In this document: positions 56,257-64,000 of the stretch, one piece after another
Numbering within the stretch: the first letter of the stretch is position 1
Layout of the letters: the number at the start of each line of letters is the position of its first letter
Source: Candidatus Thorarchaeota archaeon
GTDB lineage: Archaea > Asgardarchaeota > Thorarchaeia > Thorarchaeales > Thorarchaeaceae
Direction: 5' to 3'
Assembly (NCBI GenBank): GCA_046482545.1
Contig: JAWOEX010000028.1
Span: forward strand, 64,001 to 128,000
Length of the DNA: 64,000 nt
Program-made: the position numbers and the translations under genes
Notes under the pieces: model-generated
Database searches by the model: none
Seen by the model: the letters and a program-made list of their open reading frames with translations, nothing else
What the model was told of the DNA's origin: nothing

Positions 56257-56435
56257 GAGGTGCAGTTTCAGAGAATACCCATCATGATTGATTTTGACTA
56301 GCGTATAAACTATACAGACATCCTTTATCTGTGCCTGCTACTAAAAAGCCCAATCGAACGTTGTAATGTAGTTATTTATTCTATAAACTACCACAAGCTA
56401 AGAAGCTTGTAACGCCAAGAACCTATCGAATCTTC

Positions 56436-56690
56436 TCATGACACGTCGGATTTTGACTCCTCCAACCTGAGATAAATCGCATAAAGAATCAGAACAATTC
56501 CAACTGGTATTAGGAGAAGGAAAACAGAACCGGACATGGTGGCAACAGGTGGTGGAGTATCCCCATAGTCATTCAAGACCGTCCAGTAGTATAACCAGAT
56601 TAGTAATTGGTTTAGAAGAAGCCCTAGAAGGACTAAAACGACTCCAGCAATAGCATATTTTGTGGATTTGCGAAGAGCCATCCAATACAA
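56436..56690 (-). CDS. Small 2-TM membrane protein
   Basis: Two hydrophobic helices with charged termini. Confidence 0.65.
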   Translation of the reverse strand: MYWMALRKSTKYAIAGVVLVLLGLLLNQLLIWLYYWTVLNDYGDTPPPVATMSGSVFLLLIPVGIVLILYAIYLRLEESKSDVS

Positions 56691-56916
56691 CTCTCAATCA
56701 TAATATACATCCGCAAATTAATTAGTCTATCTCTAGGAGGCGAGATGAGGCTTCCGCAGAAATTTGTCGGAAAATACAGATTTTTCTGGTTTCGCCAATC
56801 TCACAACTGGGTAAATCCTATATCGCATTATCTTGGGCTTTGAGATTCATGGCGAAAAGGGTTCTATGGAGATCATAGCCCTCAGTGTTTTGCTCTCTGA
56901 TTCTTGTGCAGAATCC

Positions 56917-58086
56917 TTAGAAAGTGAAGGTCTGCCATAGTGGTGGAATTGACAAGGCAACAACAATAATCGATAGCACAAACAGGCCTATCCGAGTCTT
57001 TGACACAGGTACTGTATCATTGAGTGGCCCTGGATGCTCTCCACGCGACAAGAACAGAACCAAGATGGCCATCAGATAGATGCCCATCAAAAACATCACT
57101 GCAATGGCAACATAGCCAATGTACTTGTGTTTCTTGCCACCTACAATGGCTCGGAGAGCATGACCTCCATCGAGCTGACCCGCTGGAAAAAGGTTCAATG
57201 CTGTGACAAGGCAACCCACCCAGCTAGCGAAAGCTATCGGGTGAAGGTAGATGGTGCCACCGGGGGGTATGAAATCGGAGAAAATCATCTGAAGGATGAC
57301 GAAGAGATACGGCACTGGCAAAGATCCTGTCATATCGGGGAAGGCCGCATCTATAGCTTCAAGCTGTTCTGCAGTAACGGGAACCGACATCAAGAAACCT
57401 GCAACAAGTACGACCAGTGTAACGGCGAAGCCGGCTAGAGGGCCAGCAATGCCCAAATCGAAAAGGTCTCTGCGATTCTGTGGAGGACTTTTCTGCTGAA
57501 TGAAAGCGCCGAAGGTGCCCCCGATTTGAGGTAATCCAGGAATGAAATACGGAGCAGATGCATCAATCCCACGTCGTTTCGCAGTCAGGTAGTGACCCAT
57601 TTCATGCGTAAATACGATGCCCATCAAAGCTAGCAAAAATGTTCCAGTCACAAATGCAATGTCCCAGATGTTCCAGCCATCAGGATAAAACAGTGTCAGA
57701 AAGACTGGGCTTGTTGCCTGCAGAAATCCGGCAAGGCTGATTGTTGCAAGAGTGGCAACGAAAAGAGCATAATTGATGCGCATATCACCAGCATCTTCTT
57801 TCTGTTGAGGGGCAAAACGAATGAAATACTCACCTGCTTCCTCATCCTTCCAACGAACCACAGGCCAGAGTCGGAGTCTACCCGATTCTTCCTCCAGCTT
57901 TCCAAAGACTTTACGCTGTTGTTCTATTGGTGGAATTTGATGGCTAGGCCAGCGGACTACGAATGTCGGCATCCCATATTGCATGGAGCTCTCGATGAGG
58001 TCAAAATCCTTCGATAGTATCTCGCTCAGCTCTGTAAATGTGGGATAGCTGATTACACGGTTCGGGTAACCTTCGTCAATAGACAA
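56917..58086 (-). CDS. Site-2 protease (M50) intramembrane zinc metalloprotease
   Basis: HEMGH, GTFGAFI, AGPLAG, NLFPAGQLDGGH. Confidence 0.93.
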   Translation of the reverse strand: MSIDEGYPNRVISYPTFTELSEILSKDFDLIESSMQYGMPTFVVRWPSHQIPPIEQQRKVFGKLEEESGRLRLWPVVRWKDEEAGEYFIRFAPQQKEDAGDMRINYALFVATLATISLAGFLQATSPVFLTLFYPDGWNIWDIAFVTGTFLLALMGIVFTHEMGHYLTAKRRGIDASAPYFIPGLPQIGGTFGAFIQQKSPPQNRRDLFDLGIAGPLAGFAVTLVVLVAGFLMSVPVTAEQLEAIDAAFPDMTGSLPVPYLFVILQMIFSDFIPPGGTIYLHPIAFASWVGCLVTALNLFPAGQLDGGHALRAIVGGKKHKYIGYVAIAVMFLMGIYLMAILVLFLSRGEHPGPLNDTVPVSKTRIGLFVLSIIVVALSIPPLWQTFTF

Positions 58087-58348
58087 ATCGAAAATCCTCT
58101 CTACTTATGCGCCTTTGAAGTAATCAGTCAAATCTCCACCTATAAGGCTATGTTCTTTGGCAGACGCCTACTAGCAGTCTTCAATTCATGTGGGTGTTAG
58201 TTGCCATTCTTCTCTATCAAATTCATCTGCCGTTCCCAGAATGGGGCAAAAACGGAATATAGGCAAGTTATATGAACTGAATGTATTCAGTTGTGTTCGT
58301 GAATCTTACTGAGATCAGAGAATCTGTGCATGCCTAGCCGCATCGAGC

Positions 58349-59227
58349 TCACTGGTAGAATTCAAACAGCCTTTCTACTGCACTCTGCTTACGACCTTCT
58401 GAGCCTTCATCATAGTAGCTGGGTGTACGTCCTTCGTCTATGAACTTCTCTGGGCTTATACCCTCATCGATGGCCCGCAGTACTTCACCTCTCAGGCTTC
58501 TGAAGAATTTGATGTGTCGGTCGATTTCCTCAGTACCGCATATGTCGCCATGGCCGGGAATGATTTTTTCAACCTCTGCATTTGTAATTCCTTGCAGCGC
58601 TGCAATCCAGTCATCAGGGTTACACGTAGGATCTCCAGCATACGGGAAAGTTCCATTGAAAACCAAATCTCCAGCAAAGATAACATGGTCCGGTTCAATA
58701 ATGACTATCGAAGACCCTTTTGTATGACCGCCTGTGAGTTCGACCGTAAGGTCACTTGCAGAACCGATTTGAATTCTCTTTTCAAATATGATATCAGGCA
58801 GCTTGAGTTCAAGACTCTGTACGGCTCTCCACATTTCAGGGCGCTCTTCCTTGCTCTCTTCTGCTTGAGCGACCAGTTTCTCCTTCCTCCATTCAGTATC
58901 TACCAATTCCTTGCAAATAGCTCGCGTAGGCGCTGAAGCTATCAGGCTGACTGGGCTTAGGGCTTGTGCACCGAATAGATGATCGGGATGGTAATGCGTT
59001 AACAGCATCTTCAGAATCGGAAGGTCGAATTCGCTCTCAACTTCTTCTCTGAAGTCTGAAGTCAGCGTGTGATACATGCCGCTGTCCACAACCACCACTT
59101 GATCTTCGAGTACCACTATACCGTAATTGCCTGCGTTTTCACCAGTGGTATCTGCATAGATACGATCTGTGACTTGAGTCAGCTTCATGGCGTACTGTTT
59201 CACATTACAACAGATATACTTGGTCAT
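58349..59227 (-). CDS. MBL-fold metallo-hydrolase (likely start MKLTQ)
   Basis: THYHPDH, GHTKG, FAGDL, IPGHG. Confidence 0.9.
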   Translation of the reverse strand: MTKYICCNVKQYAMKLTQVTDRIYADTTGENAGNYGIVVLEDQVVVVDSGMYHTLTSDFREEVESEFDLPILKMLLTHYHPDHLFGAQALSPVSLIASAPTRAICKELVDTEWRKEKLVAQAEESKEERPEMWRAVQSLELKLPDIIFEKRIQIGSASDLTVELTGGHTKGSSIVIIEPDHVIFAGDLVFNGTFPYAGDPTCNPDDWIAALQGITNAEVEKIIPGHGDICGTEEIDRHIKFFRSLRGEVLRAIDEGISPEKFIDEGRTPSYYDEGSEGRKQSAVERLFEFYQ

Positions 59228-59275
59228 AATCTAGCAAATGGATTGCTCCAGAAGAGTCGGACATCGGCATTGTTG

Positions 59276-59926
59276 TCATAGATTGTTCAGTTTCTGGGAT
59301 ATCGCATAAGCAGTCTTTGCAGGCCCTTTGAAGTCCCTAATACGGAAACCAACGCCCATGTCCTTGGCTATGTGTCGGCATGCTTCCATATCCACTTCCG
59401 GAACCTTCACAACCGACAGGATAACCCGCATCGATTCTCTGCACTTTCGAGCAAATTGCAATACAGCCTCATAAGCACGTGGCCCATACTCAGGTTGACA
59501 AAGCAAATCATAGGTTCGAGCAGAAGATGCGTTAAGTGAAATCTGAACTTCTTCTAGTCCCGCGTTGTCGAGCTCACAAGCCACATCACGCTTGGGATGA
59601 ATCAACGATGCTTGACCATTTGTATCCATGCGAACCGAGACATCTGAGAGTTCTGTGATTGTGGTAATGGCTTCCAGTGAAGCATCAAAATTCAGCAAAG
59701 GTTCTCCGAAACCTACTATCGCAGCATAAGTGAATCTCTCATTCCAAGTATTCTCTATGGCAGTTCTGATTTCTTCAGCTTTTGGATTCATCTCACCAGC
59801 CAGTTTGAAACCATATACACCATCCTGGAAATTCCTGACGCAAAACAAGCAATGGTTGCTACATTTGACAGAGGGATTGACATAGAAGATGTTCTTGCGC
59901 CAGTATGTTAGATTCAATAACACCAT
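59276..59926 (-). CDS. Radical SAM protein (TatD-associated-like family)
   Basis: CSNHCLFCVR, GFGEPLL, RMDTNG, ISLNA, RIR. Confidence 0.85.
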   Translation of the reverse strand: MVLLNLTYWRKNIFYVNPSVKCSNHCLFCVRNFQDGVYGFKLAGEMNPKAEEIRTAIENTWNERFTYAAIVGFGEPLLNFDASLEAITTITELSDVSVRMDTNGQASLIHPKRDVACELDNAGLEEVQISLNASSARTYDLLCQPEYGPRAYEAVLQFARKCRESMRVILSVVKVPEVDMEACRHIAKDMGVGFRIRDFKGPAKTAYAISQKLNNL

Positions 59927-60110
59927 CTAAGACTAGTCCTCGGAAACAACAAATAAGGCTTCAGAACTCAACAAAAAGCTGACAGTACATGTAGCCACGT
60001 TTGGCGCTTGAAAAAGACTTAACTTGAACTTGGCTCCAGTAGAAGTGTTGAATTGAAGATTGTACAAGTAACATGTCGTTGATTATACAGGATATGATTG
60101 AGGTGTTCGT

Positions 60111-60983
60111 TTGAGAATATTCGATACATTGCGTAGATCCGCTGACCATCTAGAGAAAAATTTCATGACATATGCCATCGCCGTCTCACAGATGGCCGTC
60201 ATTTTCGTATTCCTTGCTGCGGGTTTGGCCGGGTTAGGAGGGTTGATTGCCGCGGTTTTTTCAGGATGCCACCCATATGTTGTATTTCGAGACCTCATGG
60301 AAACCTGGTTGCCTCTTATTTCCACAGGAGACCTCATTTTCATCTTAACTAGTGTGTTTGTATTGGTTGTCATTCCCGCTTTTGCCATTGGTGCATGGGT
60401 GATGACACCAGTTTTCGGAATGACTAAGCAACTAATTGAAAGCAAGGGAAAAGAGGCCGACACCCCATATAGTTGGTTCAAAACGAACCTAGTCAACTTC
60501 GCTTTAGGCGGCGTCACTATTGCCATCGTTACACTCGGGCCGCCGGTCGTGACAGCTACGGCGTTCTCATTTGCGTTTGGTCCATCTGTGAGTGGCCCTC
60601 CGAATTTTGTTCTTGGAGCCATCGGTTTCGGATGGGTCTTCTTTGCCGGGGGAGCTCTAACCATGTTCGTTCCGAGCCTTGTAGAAGGAAATTCGCCCAT
60701 ACAAGCACTAAGGGATTCATTTCGTACTGTTGCGAAACACCCATTGTGGACGTTCACCACTTGGATAGTGTTCCTTTTTCTGTTTACTATTTGGTTTGCC
60801 CCCTTGACAGCCTGGGATACACTCATTGGAACCATTAGGCCCCCGATTGTCAATCCATTTGCAATTGCCGTCGTTGCGCTAGCGGTTATAGGAGTCTTTG
60901 TGGATATCGTTGTGATCCTTCCGTTCTACATAATTTCGCTTATCTCACTTTATCAATCAATAAGGGAAGAAGCTCCAGCATGA
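60111..60983 (+). CDS. Hypothetical multi-pass membrane protein
   Basis: About 6 TM segments; ALRDSF...Y pattern seen in GDPD membrane-domain-like proteins. Confidence 0.7.
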   Translation: MRIFDTLRRSADHLEKNFMTYAIAVSQMAVIFVFLAAGLAGLGGLIAAVFSGCHPYVVFRDLMETWLPLISTGDLIFILTSVFVLVVIPAFAIGAWVMTPVFGMTKQLIESKGKEADTPYSWFKTNLVNFALGGVTIAIVTLGPPVVTATAFSFAFGPSVSGPPNFVLGAIGFGWVFFAGGALTMFVPSLVEGNSPIQALRDSFRTVAKHPLWTFTTWIVFLFLFTIWFAPLTAWDTLIGTIRPPIVNPFAIAVVALAVIGVFVDIVVILPFYIISLISLYQSIREEAPA

Positions 60984-61039
60984 CAAATAAATGCCAATGA
61001 GATAGCAAAATTTCAACCGAATACTTACAAAGGCTGAAC

Positions 61040-61047
61040 TTTATATA
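61040..61047 (+). promoter_or_regulatory. TATA box upstream of the SSB gene
   Basis: TTTATATATGG, identical to the tbp promoter core. Confidence 0.55.
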
Positions 61048-61174
61048 TGGATTCTGAAAGATAACTCCAAAGACCCAAAAGAAGGCACTTACCCGAAATC
61101 ATTCGGAAGTTTGTATTGTGTTGTTGATTGAGGGATATTTGAAAAGCCTATGTTAGAAGAGTACGTGATTAATT

Positions 61175-61687
61175 ATGACAAATAAACCTGAACCTGTAGA
61201 TGCAACTGTTTCTGAATTGAAGCCGAAGATGAAAAATGTCAATATCCGCTTCAAAGTTGTCGATAAAGGAGAAGCCCGAGAAGTAACATCAAATAGTGAC
61301 GGGTCCAAGCACAGAGTCTTGGACGCGACTGTTGGAGATAGTACTGGTACAGTGGTCGTCCCACTATGGGATGATTCCATCGAAGAAGTGGAAACTGGCA
61401 AGACCTACAATCTAGAAAATGGCTATACGGGAACATTTAGAAATCAACTTCGCCTTAAAATCGGAAAGTACAGCGAACTTGAAGAAGCTGATGAAGAGAT
61501 AGAAGAAGTCAATTTTGACGTCAATATGTCGGAGGAAGAACACCGAGGAAGGCGAAAGCGTGACTATAAGCGCAAGTCGAGGACAAAGAAGAAGAAGAAA
61601 TCGGAAGGTTACGGTCGTCCGAATAGAAGCTTTGGTGGCTATGTAGGAAACTACAAGCGTAACAGTAAAGCAGAATCAAGTGATTAG
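61175..61687 (+). CDS. ssb: Single-OB-fold single-stranded DNA-binding protein with basic C-terminal tail
   Basis: V-x-ELKP-x3-VN...GDSTG-x5-LWD...ENGY-x3-F-x3-L-x-L-x-IG-x-YS. Confidence 0.88.
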   Translation: MTNKPEPVDATVSELKPKMKNVNIRFKVVDKGEAREVTSNSDGSKHRVLDATVGDSTGTVVVPLWDDSIEEVETGKTYNLENGYTGTFRNQLRLKIGKYSELEEADEEIEEVNFDVNMSEEEHRGRRKRDYKRKSRTKKKKKSEGYGRPNRSFGGYVGNYKRNSKAESSD

Positions 61688-61697
61688 TAGTTTCAAG

Positions 61698-61726
61698 GGG
61701 CCCCTTAGGGCCCAATTTTTCTTTTT
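61698..61726 (+). terminator. Hairpin + U-tract terminator of ssb
   Basis: GGGCCC-ctta-GGGCCC then AATTTTTCTTTTT. Confidence 0.7.
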
Positions 61727-61824
61727 GTAATTGGATAAACACAAATCTTGCGTATACAGCTTACTATCCGAAAGACAAGAACATTGTTAGTCCTACCACA
61801 ACTGCAGCCATTAGCATTGCAATG

Positions 61825-62817
61825 CTAGCCCCGCCTCTCTAAATAACCGTTCTCGTAATACCAGTCGATTGCTCTCTTCAGACCCTCCTCCATGGTTATT
61901 TGTGGTTCCCAGTCCAGCAGCCTCTTCGCCTTCTCATTACTGTACCAGCGTTCTTCGTCCATGCTTTGTATCGTCTGTGGATGCCAGAGAAATGTATTTT
62001 CTTTCCAATTCTTGAACGGGCTCATCAATGCTATGCTCAACTTTGCCAGCGCCGTAGGAACGTGTCTTTTTGGTGGTTCAACACCGAGAATATCAGAAAT
62101 ATACTCAATCATCTGGTTGTACTTCATGGGTTCATCTGGACAGATAATTATCGTCTCGTTGTTAGCTGCGGGTACCATCGCAGCCTCGAATCCCCGTGTC
62201 ACGTCGTCTACGTGCGTGTACATGATGTGTTTCTCGCCATCACCAGGAAGCACAGGCACCTCCTTTCTGTTGAGAGCTCTGATTGTCTCATAGGCAGTGT
62301 AAAGGTCCCCTTCGCCCATCACGCCAGTTGGCCGAACAATGGTGTGAATCAGGCCCGTATTAGTCGAAACTTCTCTAACAGCTTCTTCCGCGAGCACTTT
62401 GCTTTTCCCATAGTCGAATGCCGGTTGTGGTTCGGTTGCCTCATCTGCGGGAGGATCATTGACAGATCCTATAGCTTCAGTGCTGGAGCAATAGATGAAT
62501 TGGGAAACTGAAGCCTCTGCACTAGCTTCTGCTAACATTCTAGTCCCATCAACATTCACACGATACATCAAATCGGTATCGCTAGGGTAAAAATCAAAAT
62601 ATGCTGCAAGATGAATAACGATTTCGTTGTCTTTCACAATCTCATCAAGAGATTCCCGGTCAAGTAAGTTGCCCTGCTCCAGCTTTACCACATCTGGGAG
62701 GACGGATGTGTCACTGGTTTCTCGAACAAGAACGCTGACATGATGATTGTGGGAAAGAAGCCTTCTCACCAGCTTCTGACCGATGAAGCCGGTTCCGCCG
62801 GTTACCAAGATATCCAA
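61825..62817 (-). CDS. NAD-dependent epimerase/dehydratase (extended SDR)
   Basis: ILVTGGTGFIG, HLAA, YGKSK, RP-x2-V-x-G, HVDD. Confidence 0.92.
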   Translation of the reverse strand: MDILVTGGTGFIGQKLVRRLLSHNHHVSVLVRETSDTSVLPDVVKLEQGNLLDRESLDEIVKDNEIVIHLAAYFDFYPSDTDLMYRVNVDGTRMLAEASAEASVSQFIYCSSTEAIGSVNDPPADEATEPQPAFDYGKSKVLAEEAVREVSTNTGLIHTIVRPTGVMGEGDLYTAYETIRALNRKEVPVLPGDGEKHIMYTHVDDVTRGFEAAMVPAANNETIIICPDEPMKYNQMIEYISDILGVEPPKRHVPTALAKLSIALMSPFKNWKENTFLWHPQTIQSMDEERWYSNEKAKRLLDWEPQITMEEGLKRAIDWYYENGYLERRG

Positions 62818-62901
62818 TGAATTGCCACCCTAACAAACGTCTTGTCTGTTCCCTGCATTTATCTCTTGTCTGCAATCAACTTCTGCCAGAATGATCCGCA
62901 A

Positions 62902-63636
62902 TCATGGCTGCTTGAGCATGGAATCTAAGCGAGGAAGGATAGAACCCGCTTTTCCTTCAAGATATAAATCAGCGACGGAAGTCAAGGGAGTCCGTTCAAT
63001 ATTGACTTCGATGACCGAACCTCCAGATTTCTTGACCATGAGTGGAAATGATGCTGCAGGTTGCACGATGCCTGATGTGCCTATCACAAGACAGGCATCA
63101 GCTTTTTCAAGCTCCAAGTAAACCTGATTCATTATTCTTCCATCTAGGCTTTCGCCAAACCACACAACATCAGGTCGCAATATAGATCCGCACTCCTGGC
63201 ATAGAGGTACTCCATCTGCAGGTTCATCAAGCCTGCTATGGTAATCGCAGGTCGTACACTTCACAGCCCAGATATCTCCATGCACCTCAAGGATATTCTC
63301 TGAGCCCGCTCTATGATGTAAACCATCCACATTCTGCGTAATTACGCAGTTGAGTAATCCCTCCTCTTCCCACTTTGCCAGTGTAAGATGGGCTGGATTT
63401 GGTTCACATCCCGCAATCAATCCCTGCCTCCACGAATACCACTCCCAAACCAATTCTGGGTCATTCCTGAAACCCGATGGGGTTGCCAAGTCCATTGCAT
63501 CGTATTCTTTCCATAGGCCATCTTCACCACGAAAAGTTGGTACATTCGATTCCTTTGAGATTCCGGCTCCAGTGAGCGCAACAAGGTGATTGGATTCACG
63601 TATTATGGCCGCGCTAGATGTAATGTCTTCGGACAT
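62902..63636 (-). CDS. cobB: NAD-dependent protein deacylase (class III sirtuin)
   Basis: TGAGISKES-x2-PTFRG, YxxR, TQNVDGLH, HG, two CxxC, RPDVVWFGE, GTSG-x-V-x-PAA. Confidence 0.95.
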   Translation of the reverse strand: MSEDITSSAAIIRESNHLVALTGAGISKESNVPTFRGEDGLWKEYDAMDLATPSGFRNDPELVWEWYSWRQGLIAGCEPNPAHLTLAKWEEEGLLNCVITQNVDGLHHRAGSENILEVHGDIWAVKCTTCDYHSRLDEPADGVPLCQECGSILRPDVVWFGESLDGRIMNQVYLELEKADACLVIGTSGIVQPAASFPLMVKKSGGSVIEVNIERTPLTSVADLYLEGKAGSILPRLDSMLKQP

Positions 63637-63894
63637 TGTTGTCTCCTCTGAATCTCTGTAATGCTGTGGACTACACCTATCTAATGTTGGGAAGACCCTA
63701 TCAAATCTGGCGGAACAGCGGAAGAACAGCTATCTTTATTTTTTCAGTTTTCTTAGAAACGGGAGTTTACTATTGATTATCCGCTAATGAATTGAATATC
63801 GGTAAGAGGTGGAGCAGATGAATATTCATATTGACTCTAATCATACTAACGAAACGGATGATGCTGAGTAGACAGGATTGAAGGGTAAAGTAAA

Positions 63895-64000
63895 ATGAAT
63901 GAAACATTATCTAGAATTGGAGTGGGAGTGGTTCTTACCATTCTTATTTTATTATCGATTCCTACACACTGCGTTGCCATAACAGGAATTCAAGAGGGGC
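63895..64000 (+). CDS. Partial CDS running off the window, with a signal-peptide-like N-terminus
   Basis: MNETLSRIGVGVVLTILILLSIPTHCVAITGIQEG, open to the window end. Confidence 0.55.
   Translation, partial: MNETLSRIGVGVVLTILILLSIPTHCVAITGIQEG

Noticed and set aside
63856-63870. C/D box sRNA (ATGATG-CTGA)
   Set aside because: Boxes are adjacent with no guide spacing or C'/D' pair
1-64000. tRNA/rRNA genes, transposases, integrases, proviral genes
   Set aside because: No cloverleaf, rRNA-like tract or mobile-element motif recognised by eye; tRNAscan-SE/Infernal would be needed to exclude intron-containing tRNAs

Overview
Gene-dense archaeal chromosomal segment. It is most consistent with an Asgard archaeon, probably Thorarchaeia. 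That is an inference from the archaeal TBP, single-OB SSB, AOR, FrhB and geranylgeranyl reductases occurring together with longin/roadblock proteins, a Rab-like GTPase and Ig-like repeat surface proteins. It carries about 50 CDS, mostly housekeeping and metabolic (ribA, mtnP, aor, apt, asnS, tmk, tbp, cobB, a MacB/FtsX-type ABC cassette). I found no rRNA, tRNA, CRISPR array or transposase. Most notable: (1) a 17.9-24.9 kb locus with two paralogous longin + tandem winged-helix proteins resembling GATOR1 NPRL2/NPRL3, one with an inserted roadblock domain, directly upstream of a MinD/ParA ATPase. It is flanked by a longin-Zn-ribbon fusion and a membrane protein with a helix-hairpin-helix tail. 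(2) A non-coding cluster of GTAAACG sites at 2.4-2.75 kb, a motif that also brackets the promoter at the window start. (3) An isolated rnfD-rnfC pair whose RnfD lacks the FMN-attachment motif. (4) Several apparent pseudo-enzymes, a candidate divergent gelsolin domain, a structured intergenic RNA candidate, and an inverted TATA pair upstream of tbp. All family calls come from motif recognition by eye; no searches were run.
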